Below, piece by piece: positions 39,612 through 54,519 of a DNA stretch of 64,000 bases. The stretch lies in assembly GCF_009914755.1 (NCBI RefSeq), contig NC_060930.1, one strand, 5' to 3'. A program made the translations under genes and the position numbers. Position 1 is the stretch's first letter, and each line of letters starts with the position of its first letter. The notes under the pieces were generated by a model. The model was not told the origin of the DNA. It did not search any database and saw only the letters and a list, made by a program, of their open reading frames with translations. The stretch comes from the human T2T-CHM13v2.0 reference genome, Homo sapiens.

Positions 39612-39908
39612 TTTTTTTTTTTTTTTTTGGAGACGGAGTCTCGCTCTGTCGCCAGGCTGGAGTGCGATGGCGCAATCTTGGCTCACTGAAACCTCCAACT
39701 CCCTGGTTCAAGTGATTCCCCTGCCTCAGCCTCCCAAGTAGCTGGGATTACAGGCATGCACCACCACACACAGCTAATTTTTGTATTTTTAGTAGAGAGG
39801 GGGTTTCACCATGTTGGCCAGGATGGCCTCAATCTCCTGACCTCATGATCCGCTTGACTTGGCCTCCCAAAGTGCTGGGGTTACAGGCGTGAGACACCAC
39901 GCCCGGTC
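39612..39908 (-). mobile_element. AluSc
   Basis: Sc diagnostics 'tgtcgccaggctgg' and 'ccaggatggcctcaatctc'; TSD gacaatggc at 39603-39611 and 39910-39918. Confidence 0.95.
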
Positions 39909-40449
39909 AGACAATGGCTTTTTAAGGCAATTTCATGCCATCACAAATCCCTCTGGAGAACTAATTTGCCATGCTAGGGTAGAATTCAAGGCTAATGCTA
40001 TTATTTGGCTTGTACTCTGCCCTTGTTGTTGCTTTGTTTAAATGATGAGTAGGCCCAGCAATAGTATTAGTTCATCAAAAAGTCTATAAGTTATATTCAG
40101 ATAGTTTGAGGTCAGCAAAACCCAGAGTGTGGTTTACACAAGTGCTTTCTCCCCTAATCCTTAAATCCATAGATATTTCAAAGTAAACTTAATTCATATG
40201 TTTTCCATTCATTTGCCCTTAGGTCTTTATGTTTAGGGGAGGGGGTGGTGGAAGGCAGGAAGGTACTGTTCTAGGAACTGGCTTCCTTCTTCACTGCCAC
40301 AGACAGATCATTCATTAGCCACAGACCTGGTTTCTTGGCAGAAGTCCATACCTGTATCCTTTCCAGTTCCCTGTTAATTGAAGCTCCAACCTCAGCACAC
40401 ATCATTGTTGCTGCCAAAGAAAGTAAAGTGGAAAGAGGCTGCATTTTCT

Positions 40450-40620
40450 ATCATAGAACCACAGAATCCTAGAATCCTAAACTTGTGATTCTAAAGATCA
40501 TCTGGTTCATCTACCATGTGAACCTTAAATCACCTCGACAGTATCCTGGCTAATTACCTTTCACCCTCTGATTAAGCATCTCCAGTGATGGAGCTTCAAT
40601 AGCCAATAGCTTTAGGAAAG
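40450..40620 (-). mobile_element. L3/CR1 3' fragment
   Basis: 'catagaaccacagaatcctagaat...aaagatcatctggttc...catctccagtgatggagct'. Confidence 0.55.
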
Positions 40621-40929
40621 ACTCTCAGAAGGAACTGAGTCTTGTTTTCTGCAGCCCAAATTTCTCCAGTCCCTTCATCCATTCAGCAAGATTTAAAACC
40701 AGTCCCCTGTGTTCCCCTCATGTTCTCTTTCCACGAAGATTTCACTCTCTCCCATGATTTCAGGTTCTGCACTACGTGTGTCCTTCCCTGGTCTGTGCTT
40801 CCTGATCCAGCTACCCCGTGGGCATCACATTCTGCCTCTGATACAAGGACCTTGAGATAAACCAAACTGACTGCTTAAGCTAACCCCTCCTTTAAATCTT
40901 GTTATTTGTCTTGTGTTGCCATTTCAAAA

Positions 40930-42200
<1,271 letters not shown>

Positions 42201-43085
42201 TGGTTGAGGGAATGAACTTCTATCACATTTCCTTATTCTCCAAGTCTAGTAACACTTTCTGGAAAGGAAATACAATTATTTTCTCTAAGTGAACCTAAGC
42301 CGGTACCTATGATCATTTAATTTTCTACATCCTTCAGTGAGCCATTCTAGTCTTTCAGTGATTCATCATAGAACCTTATAGAACCCTTGTCAAGCTGATT
42401 GATTTATAATTTTCAGGATCCATATTCTTCTTTCAAACAAACAGCACAGCTATATCTGATGGCCTCCAAGTGCCCAGCCTAATAACTTGCCCAAGCGCTC
42501 ACAGCCCATGAGAGCCAGGCTGGGAGTGGACCATTCAGGGGCTGCCCTATCTGTACCTGTGTGCCGTGGTACCTGCCCTCTCTGTACCTGTCTCCATGGA
42601 GCCTTGTAAACATCTAGTTAGAGATGCTGCTAAATTTAAATTGTCATTATATTTCACCAAACATATTTCATTAAGTCACTGATAAACATTCCTGGCATTT
42701 TTGATTATTTTCCTTTTCATTCAAGCAAGGATGTTTTTCTCCTATTGTTTTTACCATCTCTATATCTGTATCCAGGAACTGAGCTTACAGCTAATGATCT
42801 AATTCAGATATGTGTAAACCTGGGTATAATAATTAGCCCAGATTGGTGGAAACGTTTCCCCTTTACGCAACCCATTTCATCCTTATCAAGTACATTAATT
42901 CATTGGCTCTGGTAATATAGCTAATTACCCTGTATATTCAGGTGCTGCTGCTGATATTGCTGCTATCTCCATGTGCTGGGATAAACAGACTGTTGTTAGT
43001 AAACATTCCTTCTGATACCTACCTTCCGCCATCACTACGCACGTACTAATATGTCTTTTTTGCTCTGTTCTTTTTCCCACAACAG

Positions 43086-43231
43086 TTTAACCTAAAAAGG
43101 GCCACTTCATTTCCTTAGGCTGCACTTCTAATGAATGCAGACATTTGAAAGGGTCCTGAACCGGATAACCTTTCGAGTTTTCTCCAGTTTTATTATTCTG
43201 TGAAGACAGTTTGGTGTAAATGATTTAAGAG
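43086..43231 (+). other. Candidate AIG1 alternative (poison or terminal) exon
   Basis: Branch-like TACTAAT 43044-43050, long pyrimidine tract, CAG acceptor 43083-43085; frame from the upstream exon gives FNLKRATSFP*; possible donor GAG|gttagt. Confidence 0.45.
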
Positions 43232-43259
43232 GTTAGTCAGAATGGAGTTCTCTGTTCAA

Positions 43260-43386
43260 ATGATCTTCTTAAATTTCTGTACTGAGCTCTACTCATAGGA
43301 AACGTGGAGCTTGTTGTGGGATTCACAAGGTTGCCCTTGCAAGTACAGAATACCGTGCCTGCCACACAGTAGGTCCAATAAATAAA
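43260..43386 (+). mobile_element. MIR 3' fragment supplying AATAAA
   Basis: 'cttgttgtgggattca...ccgtgcctgccacacagtaggtccaataaataaa'. Confidence 0.5.
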
Positions 43387-44044
43387 ACAAAATTAAACAA
43401 AGTTAATTTAAACAAAATTAAAGCCTCCCTAGAGCTAATGATTTTAACTTATTACCATATAATAACTAGCAAGTTAGTGTCAATCTCAATCTAAATTTTC
43501 AAGGAAAACTGCCCCGGTAGAAATATTGTATTTTTATTAGCACTGAATTTGTACTCCTAACAAAAAATTAATGAAATTCCTTAAAAGCTGATATAAAATG
43601 TAAATTACTTATCCTTGGACAAAGAATTCAGATCTTCCTTATTTATTGTTAAGAATTCCCCCTTCATCATACCTATTTGAAAGATCTTGGCTTAAACTGA
43701 GAATTTGACTGCTAATATTCACACATATGGCAAATATGAACTAATCAGACCACAGATATTTTGCTGCATTCCATGGTGTCTCATTTATTTGTTTAATTTG
43801 CAGCTATAGCAACTAGATTCCACCACTTTGGGCTTTTACACAGAACTACAGTATGATCAGCTTGGTTGAAGTTTGGCACTCGACACTCTGCTCAATTGAA
43901 GACATATGCACAAAATCACTTACCACATTTTTTAACCTGTTTTTCACACTGGGTAGGCCTGTAATATTTGCATAAAAATATGAAAAGCAACCTTCTGCAG
44001 GGAGAGAAGGCAATTAAAAGATGTTGCGACCTTTCTTTCTGCAG

Positions 44045-45090
44045 CATTTCAAAGCTTAAAGTTTTCTTGGCACGCTTTTCAAACGCCCATCTGACTTTGA
44101 AGCAGGCTGCCTCTCCACAGAAAGCTTGCTCCAGCAATGACTAAAGGATTGACCTGGTGCCATGCATGCTGCTCTGCACAAGAAGGACATTTGGAAATGA
44201 CCTTGAAGCGAAGTTTTGCCAAGTTGATGAAATACGGGCCTTCAAGAAGTGCCATTTCTCAAGCGATGTACAGAAGGGTATCCGCAGCATTGTCAAAAAT
44301 TACCCCTTAATTTGGTGTTGGATGAACATGAATTTTTAACCTCCATAAGGAATGATACTTGCTCTTGATTTTATTAGTTGCATTTTGTAACAGGTTGGAA
44401 AAATTAGGTAATGGAGAACTTTGGCATACCACTTTTGTTTCTTTTAGGTGATTTTTAAAAAACATTTGCTGAAGGAGAGGTTGATGCTCAAAGGGTACAG
44501 TGATAAATGGAGAGACGGGAGTTTAAAATGAAGGATAAGCCGCAAATGAGGATGAAGTTAATGGATAGAGAAAAGATGGGAGGAAGAGGTATCTCTCTTT
44601 ACTCGTAAGCTGCCCATCGATATGATTTAGACTCTAGGAGAGGGGCGTTTCTTTCCTCAGTAGGCACACTCATAGAGTAAACTGTTGCCGCTGTTTAAAC
44701 ATGTTAATTGATGTTGACACCAGTTGTTGCTATACAGTTTTCCATTTTACTGAGCGATGTATTTATGTTGCTGCATAATGTCGCCTGATTGCACTTCTCA
44801 TGCTGGTGAAGTTGGCTGACATTTCAGGCTCTGGATAACATGAAGCTGTGCTTTAACCTTATTTGGAAGTCAGGGTTAGAGTGGCACTGGAAGGTCTCCT
44901 TCAGCTTCCCTTCCTGTGACCTGCCTACTATAACCCTGGCAAGGCTGAGACAGTCCAAGTTTGGGGCAGTCAAGGTGGGACAGCAGAAGATTTCAGGGTA
45001 CAAGTCATCTATTCTCTTATGCCAGCTCTCAGATTTGTATATAAAATCTGATTCTACACTTCTTTTAACAAATAATAAATAAATAAATAG
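44045..45090 (+). other. Candidate AIG1 alternative terminal exon (HFKA* plus ~1 kb 3'UTR)
   Basis: Acceptor 'cctttctttctgcag|CATTTCAAAGCTTAA'; no recognisable repeats downstream; overlapping AATAAA at 45074-45087. Confidence 0.4.
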
Positions 45091-45450
45091 GACCATCCAA
45101 CCCCTCTAGAGCTCTCTAAGGAGACTGTAGAAGACTTGTGGCCACTCTCATTTTAAAGATTCTAATAATCTCCACAAAGTAATCCTGGGAAACATACATC
45201 TGTAAGACCAGGGAAACATACTGGCAATAGCAACTTCCCAGAACATTCCTTTTTACACTGCCTGGGATTTTTCAATAAGAAATTTGGCATTTCTGTAAAT
45301 TTAAAGTGTATTCAGTAAAATTAATGCGTTTTTTTCTTAAAAGCTCAAGCCTTCCAGACTCATCATTTTGTAGTTAAAAAAGTAAGCCATGCAACTGAGA
45401 TAAAAGTCAAAGTTATAGATTATAACTGTTTGCACAACTGTTCACATTTT

Positions 45451-45797
45451 TAACTTTTTTTATTTTTTGGAGACTTTTTAAGAGTCTCACTGTGTCATCC
45501 AGGCTGGAATACACAGTGGCACTATCATGGCTCACCACACCCTTAAACTGCAGGGCTCAAGCAATCCTCCTGCCTCAGCCCCCCAAGTAGCTGGGACCAC
45601 AGATGTGGACCACCACCCCTGGCTACTTTTTTAAAAATTTTTTTGTAGAGACAATGGGCTCACTATGTTTCCCAAGCTAGAGACAATGGCCTCATTATGT
45701 TTCCCAGGCTGGTCTCGAACTCCTGGCCTCAAGCGATCCTCCTGCCTCAGCCTTCCTGAAGTCCTAGGATTACATGCATGAGCTACCACACCCAGCC
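45451..45797 (-). mobile_element. AluJ with internal 32-bp duplication
   Basis: Antisense dimer; TSD ctgttcacatttt (45438-45450) / ctgctcacatttt (45799-45811). Confidence 0.92.
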
Positions 45798-46237
45798 CCT
45801 GCTCACATTTTATATAGTAACTTATTTTAAGAATAGTAAAGTATTTGCAAAATAGTTTTTTAATACAGTAATTTATTATATATTGAAATCAAGCTTGATG
45901 ATATTTCATTAGGTTTTGCTGAGTGTCATATGCTAAGTTATTTGCTTATGAATTTTTCTCCAATTGCCTGTATTTGGTAAGTTTGCATGGAAAGTTCTGA
46001 CAGGAAACTCAGAAATATTTCATTGTTTTACCCTACTATCTTTTTTGATGTGTCTTAAAGTTGATTTGCTTTAAATTGCAGTATCATCCTTTTTTTCTGT
46101 ACCTAAATGTTTTTAACTGAAGAACACAATTTCCCTCAAAACCCTCATCCCTAATTTAGAGCCCTCTTATATTAATATGAGTCATTTTAAATGTATTTCC
46201 TGAAACACTTCTCAACTTCGTAAATAAAAAAGAGATA

Positions 46238-46602
46238 TATCTTAGTCCATTCAGGCTACTATAACAAAATAGCACAATTGGGTGGCTTATAAACAACATA
46301 AATTTATTTATCATAGTTCTAGAGCCTGGGAAGTCCAAGAGCTGGGTGCCAGCATGGTTGGGTTCTGATGAGGATCCTCTTCCAGATTACAGACTTCCAG
46401 CTTCTTGCTGTGTCCTCACATGGTGGAAGGAACAAGTAATCTCTCTGGAGCCTCTTTTAAAAGCCCACCAATCCCATTCATTGAGGATTCCACCCCAGTG
46501 ACCTAATCACTTCCCAAAGGGCCATCTCCTAATGCTATAACCTTAGAGGTTAGGGTTTCAACATATGAATTTTGAGGGGACAGAAACATTCAGCCCATAG
46601 CA
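46238..46602 (-). mobile_element. MLT1A/MLT1A0 solo LTR
   Basis: 'cttagtccattcaggctactataacaaaata...gggaagtccaag...tttcaacatatgaattttgaggggac...atagca'. Confidence 0.9.
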
Positions 46603-47317
46603 GGATGAGAAAAAGAAAGGAAAGTACAACAAAGAACATCAACCATAAGGAACACCATGACTTCTGATATTTAATATCATGGATCACAGATTGTAGGAGT
46701 CGAGAAACAGAATAAAAAGACAAGGCCCAGGCCCAGTGAGCTTTTGATGCTTGAGGCTCCTCATGCCCTTGCTCTCCCACTGACCTCAGTGCTCAGCACT
46801 GGCTTTCTTCTCCTGGTGATATTTCCATTTATCTTTTGGTGTAAACATTTTAGAGATGAGAGAAGTAGGGAGCTTATCATTATTTAGTCTGATCAGACAA
46901 TATCTTCACTTTTAAGTTATGTTCAGAATTTCATTGTCCTGTTCTTTTTAAGAATCATATGAGATTATTTTTGTGTATGTGAATAAACTATGAAGCATTT
47001 TCTTACAAAAAACTTCATTCAGTGTCCTGGCACAGATCCTCCAGTTGAACAGGGGCCTTCTTTCCAAAGCCCCAGGTAAGGACTTTCTCAACCTGTATTC
47101 TAACATGATGGGATGTTGTCTTCTTTGCTTTCCTATCTTATCATTGCAAACTCTCAAACATTTTCTACATTATCATCATTTATATTTATACTAGCACACA
47201 TGTTTGAAAGCGATATGATCCCCATTGAAAACTCTTTTCCTTTAAAAGTCAATCCCATTTCTAGAGGTCTTGACAATGCTTTCTTCTTTCCATGCCATTG
47301 AAGTTGCATTAATGTTG

Positions 47318-47415
47318 GTCAACCCTGGATGGCTCGGGTCTCATACTCAGAGGTTCTGATGGATTCAGTCTGGGATAAGACTGAGACACTATCTATTTTT
47401 TTTTAATGCTCCCTT
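47318..47415. mobile_element. MER5-like hAT fragment
   Basis: 'cagaggttctgatggattcagtctggga'. Confidence 0.45.
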
Positions 47416-48713
47416 ACATAGCTCCCTTACACGTTTGAAGATCTTTGAATTTGTTGGTCTCACAAGCATCCCTGGGGTTCAAAAAATGTGGGTATTGGAA
47501 GAACACAAAGTGAGGGAAGCTGTCCTGGTGATATCTAGATGTGAGCTGAATGGAGCTTATGGCAAAGAGACAAACCTGAGTTAATCTGCATAATCACGCA
47601 CACTTAACTCTAATGGGTTAGTTATAGGGTGGTATCTCTGCCTCAGTTTCTATTGCAATAAAATACTGGCATCATCTCAAGATTCTCAGAAAATTTAATT
47701 AATATTAATATTTAATATAAGATTAAAAGCATACTACAAGTTTCAATTAGCATTAATCCTTTAAAATATGGAGTTAAATGATCTGTAACTAATTAAAGAC
47801 TGCAGTTAACAGGGGACATGAGTTTTTTCTGGGTTATATGAAACAAAATATAAATCTTTTATATAACTCAATTTCCTACAGAAAAAAAACTTACTTGTCA
47901 GTGGGATTTTAAAGTTTTATTTTATTTTCTTGGATCTCATTACTTTTCCATAAATCCTATAAGCAGAATTACAATGAGGTGAGTCATAGACTTAACACTT
48001 TTTTGGAGTTTCTTCTGCCAAAGCAGCTTGAAATATAGAGGATTTTCAAAAACTGTGTTTGGGGAACATGGGAAGGTATGGGAAAGAAAGGAAGGGTGGG
48101 AGTCTAGGAGGAAAGGAGGAAGAAGGGAAAGAAAGGGAAAGGGAGAGGAAGGAAGGACACAAAACATTTTACTTTAGATTACATTTAAAAAATTTTAATG
48201 ACATTTATAAAGGTAAAACTTTCCTGGTATCTCATTTGCATGTTTCAGACAACCCTGAGGTGCAAATGAATTTGGGTTTCAAAAGTTCATTCATGAGCCA
48301 GTTATTTGGAACTGGAAACATGTTTCCCCACGAAAGTTTTGTTAATATAAGTGGTAGTTCATTTTTGAGGCTAGTTCCCAAACTCTCCTCATTCTGTTTT
48401 GAAGCTGAATTATCATGCATTTACAATGATAAACAGTAGATTATACAGTTGAAAACTTGTAGATGTAAAAAACATAAAAGTGATAAAATCAATTGTTTAA
48501 TTGCTTTAAACTTTTAACTTCAGTGCTGGTGCTGGAGGGAAAACAGATTTAATTTGAGGAGTCTGAGGATGTTCAAGACATCTAAGGTTGATATTTGAGA
48601 GCATCTGTCAGAGAAGCAGCAGCCATTCTCTCGGGAGGGCCTCTGCCGCCATGCATGTGCTTCAATCTGGTCACTAAAAAGCCACATCCTTAGACTGAAG
48701 GAATAAGTCCTCA

Positions 48714-49038
<325 letters not shown>

Positions 49039-49309
49039 GCCTTATTTTTTTCCTGTAACCAGTATCAATGGAGCACATATTATGGCTAGTGCTCCTCACT
49101 ATTTATGCTAGCAGGCAAAACAGAAAGAACTCCTGTCCTTGTGAGTTTATAATCTAGTGAAGGAGACAAATATCCAAATAACTGCACAAGTAGATGACCT
49201 ATGATCCATCCATTTTTATAAAAAGTTGTTGTATGAACATTCAAGTCCAAACAAATTTACAAGGAATAATGATGACACACAGAGGGTGGATCTGGAGAGT
49301 GGAGTACAT

Positions 49310-49525
49310 AAATCTTTAAGTAACTGCTAGGGGCCAGCCACTTCCATATGCTGTCACATTTGTTCCCTAAGTAGCCCTGAGGGGGAGGAATCATCACCAC
49401 CATTCCACAGGTGAGGAGCTGAGACTCAAAGGAGTTGAGGAATCTGTCCATGATGGTGCAACCAAGAGCCTGAGTTCAAATCAAGTGTGTCCAGCTCCAG
49501 GCACTTTCTGCCCATCTAAACTGCC
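49310..49525 (-). mobile_element. MIR SINE
   Basis: 'ccattccacaggtgaggagctgagactcaaaggagttgaggaatctgtcca'. Confidence 0.75.
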
Positions 49526-50159
49526 TGCTCTGCAAAACCACTCTGAAGAGATTTTCTATTATTTTACTCAATATGAGTGTATCCATGCAATAATCTCTTT
49601 CTAAAATTTAGTGATAGAAGCCATATTGCCTCACCTGATACTGATATGTTCCTTTCTGTTAATAAGAGCTGTTTCCACTTCTCCTCTGACACGGTTAGTG
49701 CCTTTAAGCCGTAGCCAGCCTATCTGTGGCTTCCAATACAGTTTTCTGTCTTTCATTCCTACCATATATTTTGTCTGATTCTTCATTTTGTCTTGACTTT
49801 CACCACCCTGAGCCTTTTATTGCAAGCTACCTTGACCTTTTGAGAAGTAGTGAGAATATATAGAAAAGAAATAGACTTCTGTGGTGTAAATTCCACAAAG
49901 CTCTCTTTTTATATCCTCCACATGACCTAGAACAGGGCCTTGCACTTAGAAGTGAACAATAACTATTGGTTGTTAAATGATCATAGCAATAGCAATTCTG
50001 AAGGACAGTTCTGCTTATTTTAAGGACAACCAAGAAGTTGATGGCTCTGGCTTTATATGTGAACTTCATCATAAAATGTACTTACTGCTTTCCTATTCCT
50101 TAATAGAGATTTGTCTCTTGTATTTTCTTCTGTTTACCACTCATAAATGGAATGTGAAG

Positions 50160-50300
50160 GACAATGATCACAGCTCACTTGCGTCACATTCCTCCCTCTT
50201 GCTGTGCTAAGCCCTTTTAGATAGTATTTATTGAATCCTCACAACCTGATTATTATCCCATTTCATGGAAGGGCATACTGAAGGTTAGAGAATTTCAGGG
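50160..50300 (-). mobile_element. MIR SINE
   Basis: 'gtgctaagccctt...aatcctcacaacc...attatcccatttca'. Confidence 0.65.
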
Positions 50301-50501
50301 GTTTAGGAGGAAAGTGAGGAAATAAGCTTTCTCCTGATGATTCAGCAAGAAATAGGAAAAAAATAGGGGAAGAAAAAGGATATATATTTCAGTATAGATG
50401 AGAGATACAAATTGCTTTAAGTATAATCAGTAAAATGTAGGAGAGGCTGGAGAAAGTCACAAATGATTTATGAGGGCATGATTCTTCCTGCTTATCCCCT
50501 G

Positions 50502-50879
50502 TATATTAGTCCACTCTCACACTGCTATAAAAATACTACTGGAGACTAGATAATTTATAAAGGAAAGAGATTTAATTGACTTACAGTTCTGTATGGCTGG
50601 GTAGGTCTCAGGAAACTTACAATCATGGCAGAAAAGGAAGCAGGCGTGTCTTACATGGCGGCAGGTGAGAAAGAGCAAGCATGTGAAGGAAGAACTGTCA
50701 AACACTCACAAAACCATTAGATCTCATGAGAACTCACTCACTATCACGAGAATAGCATGGGGCAAACTGCCCCCATGATCCCATCACCACCCACGAGTTC
50801 CCTCCCTCGACACGTAGGGGTTATGGGGATTACAATTCCAGATGAGATTTGGGTGGGGACACAGAGCCAAACCAAATCG
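50502..50879 (-). mobile_element. THE1D/MSTA solo LTR
   Basis: 'tattagtccactctcacactgctataaa...caggaaacttacaatcatggcag...gagatttgggtggggacacagagccaaacc'; 5-bp TSD ccctg/cccta. Confidence 0.93.
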
Positions 50880-51619
50880 CCCTATTATGTTGATGAGCAC
50901 GGAAAAGTCCTCTGCAAACTGCTGTTTTTAAATATGAGACATTCTCTTGTCAGGTGATCATAACTTGGGTTGACTTATACATTTCTCGAATCCATCTATT
51001 TATTTGGATAATTTCAAGTTGAGTAGTTTATGTGTGGATAAAAACCTAAAGGTCTTCTCTATGGTTTCTCTGGCCTGGCTTGTGTTTTTGGGAGTCCCCC
51101 AAGATGCTGTAACCCCAGTACCCCTGGAGAACCTGAACGTGTGCTTGATGTCTCCACGTCACGGCAGGTGGCCCCCAGCATGCTGCCTGTCATCACTGTC
51201 CCCGATGCTGTCCCGCAGCAGCACCCCAAGGCTCTCTGGGCACATCTGCAGCTCTCTAGACCAGAACCATAAAGAAACAAGGTTCTCTCTGTCTAGTCCC
51301 ACTGGAAAGAGGGAGAAGCCCCATTGTGAGCAGTACTACGGGGGAGTCCCTAGAAAGTGGGCCTCACCCAAAGAATGAAGAGGAGTCATAGTAAGAGATT
51401 TACCCATTCATGGAGATTGGCCCAACACATATTTATTTAACCCCTTGTTTGTGGGATTGTTCTGGATACTGACTGTGTTCCTCTTGAGAAAGAACAGCCA
51501 ATAAAAGAGGGGAAATTAAAGCTCCTTGGAAGGGTGGAGAAGTGAAGAACTCTGGGACCACTCTAAAGGCTGACGGTGGGAGTTTAGGGTGGCTATGGTG
51601 ATTTAGGGAGCAATTTCTG

Positions 51620-52020
51620 TTTCATGCTGAGTCTAGGGAACTTGGAATATTTACATATAGCTGGAAGAGGAGGTAAAGGTGGAGTATAGCTGGAGGTGTG
51701 GTTAGAGAAATAAGCAGGAGTTCAGATCCTGGAGACTCCTCCATACCAAAAACTAGTTTAGGTTTTACCCTCTAGGAAATAAGAAGCAAGGCTAAGTTGT
51801 GTGAGTACAATGATTAGTTTACACACTGGAGAAATGGGAAACAAAGGAAACGTGACTCAGTGTTATCCTGATAGCTTTGGGGAGTTGTTGAAGAGTTTTA
51901 AACAAGGGGAAGATGGGGTCAGATGAACATTTTAGAAGGCTTCCTTCTCCAGGGCTGCGGGGAAACGTTGACAAGCACAGGCTGGATTTAGGAAGGAATA
52001 GAAGAAGGCTGAGAGTGGAA
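51620..52020 (-). mobile_element. L2 fragment
   Basis: 'ggggagttgttgaagagttttaaacaagggga...gtcagatgaacattttagaagg'. Confidence 0.6.
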
Positions 52021-52767
52021 CCTTGGCGACTGGCCACCCTGAGGGAGCACGGGGGAGGACACAACACAGGGAAGCTGGGAGGGAGCCCTCGCCAGGGAGG
52101 GAGAATATCTTAGGGAGGAGGAGTGCAGGGTAGCTGAGGAGAGCACTTCCAGAAGGAGGCAGGGCTGGCAACGTCCTGGGCACACGGAGGTCTGACCAGA
52201 CAAGGACAGTGGCTGGCACAGGTGCTCCCGAGTGCCAAAGTGACCACAAGAAAAGCCGCCAGAAGAAAAGAGGAGCCTTGCCTGGAAAACAAAAAGCAAT
52301 TAAACATCTTGTCATGTGGCATGTTTTTAGGGGAAAGATGATGGATGGCTTCATCTTTTACTTGATCCCGAAGCAAGGGCAGATTGAGAAGCAGAGTCTG
52401 AGGGACAGATGATTTTCCCCTCTGGCCTTGGCTCCTTCTGACCTTCTATTTTCTCCCAGTGAAAGAGGTGCTGTTTCTGGCCTGTGGCCTTATTTAGCAG
52501 GCTCAGAACTTTTTCCCAGCTTCATGATAATGGCCTTTGGTGCTCTTTCTACTGCTTAATGTACTGTCATCCAGAATAATCCTTTTCTATATTGATCTGA
52601 ATGGTAATCTGTAAATAAAAAGGAGAAATCATAGGAGAACTTGCAGAAAAATGGGAAAAAGTAGTTACTTGTTTTGCACATTTCTGGAGGGGAGGAGAGA
52701 GAATCTTTAAAATAATCTCCCATTTGTGCCTTCTCATTTGTCAGCACATCAAAAGCAACAAAAGCAA

Positions 52768-52790
52768 CACACACACACACACACACACAC
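52768..52790. repeat. (CA)n microsatellite
   Basis: ~11 CA units. Confidence 0.95.
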
Positions 52791-53874
52791 CCCAATTTGA
52801 TAAGTTGGAAAACTGGCTGCACGACTTAGAGTATATGTCTTTCTTTAAAATTTTCTGAAATCTGATGTGGATATTTAAGAGCTTTCAGAAATTTCCATAG
52901 GCATGCCATTAGAGATAAGCCATTTGATTCTGAGGGGATTCAAAAAGGGAAATGTACTTTATCTAAAGAGATGAAATTGGACTCAACTTGGAGAAATGGT
53001 TCTCTGACCAGATGTCATTTAAAGGCATTGGACTTTGGGCTCCAGGCGTTGACTGTTTCTCAAGATAAATATGCATCTAGGAACCAAGAAGGGCATTTTC
53101 AAGGATTGCTGTGAGTTGGTATTATAATGTGCTAAGCACACCCCTGACGTCTTTGGAGGTCTGAGCATACAAATCAGACATAAATGCTTCTCAGTTCCTT
53201 CTCATAATTTCTCTGATCTTACTGGCAATAAAAAAAAGAAAAAAAAACTCTTCAGGAGCATAAAATGTTATTGAATTTGCAGCAGTCGTCATGGTTACCT
53301 GCATAGTTTCATTGCTTTATTAATGTGTAATTCCTCTTATTTCTGGAAATATCATTATAGTGAAACATAATAGTCTGCAGCCTCTTAGCAAGTTTCTCTG
53401 TGTATCTCAGAGATCCTGACAATGGCTGTGATGAATGTGTGTGTGGTTTCCGGGTCACTTGCATGCTGATGATCCAGCAACTGGGACATCATTGTTTAGG
53501 AAAAGACAACTTGAAGCTAATGACTCTTGAGAATCCCTTGAAAGTTCAAATGTTTCTCGACACAAAAGTGCTTTTTTTTTTTTTCCTGTAGGGCAGTAAT
53601 CCAAGGCTTTACTCTTTTTCTAACTAAAATAATTTATGTTTTTGTACATCAAAACTTTTTAAAGCAATTATTTTTACTTACTAAAGTCACTTTGAAGTGC
53701 TCAGGAAACTTTTTCTGATCAATTCTTTTTAAAATGATCTTTATTAAATTTGTTTCTTGTATCATAGAAGGGCTTTTGGGAGACACTGTTAGTAGAGGTT
53801 TTGAGCAAGTTTTTCTAAGTGTATTCTCCCACTACTCAAGAAGAAGCTAAATAAAATAGTTCATTAACTTATCT

Positions 53875-54235
53875 CTCAGGCCAACTGCTTAGGGCATACT
53901 GATCCTTATACTCATTTCTCTTTTTCTTGGGCACTCAACCAGAATATATTTTTCAGCATCCCCTGCAGTTGGTTCTGGCCATGAAAATCATGAGACAATG
54001 GAATGTGAGTGGACATTATGTAATAATTTGCAGATCTGTCCCATAAACACCTCCCACAGATCCTCTAGTCCCTTATTTCCAGGTTGGTTGGTAAGTCTGC
54101 CAGCCTAGATCCTTGAATAATTGGGTAGAACAGAGCCTCACTGTAGGTCAGGAACATCTGTTGTTAGAGAAAGGAGACAAACCCTCTGAGATGTGAGGGT
54201 TGTGTATTACATCAGCTGGTATTGCCCTAACTGTT
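53875..54235 (+). mobile_element. MLT1I/J-like LTR
   Basis: 'cagcatcccctgcagttgg...caatggaatgtgagtgga...cagcctagatccttgaataa'. Confidence 0.65.
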
Positions 54236-54519
54236 GCATTGCTTGTCAAGCATTTCTTCTAAGTGGGCCATATGATCTTTGGGAGATAGATCATATTTTT
54301 CATCCACGAGTATCTCCCATAACTTCTTTCATAGCCTTTAAAAAAGAAGTTGGTGTTGTATACCCCAGGACTTTCCTATCAATGTCCTGTGATAATGTTG
54401 CTGTTTTGGAAGAGTCCTGGAGACTTGAATGGCTACAGCAATAGTGGATATTTTGAAAATTATCAGACCCTGTGACCTATGTGCAAAGAGAGCCAAAGGA
54501 AAGGAAATTAATCTTTTCT

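Noticed and set aside
42542-42600. 31-bp two-copy repeat (similar small duplications near 19900, 38761, 45186, 47408)
   Set aside because: Ordinary slippage duplications; only two copies and no repeat-spacer (CRISPR-like) architecture
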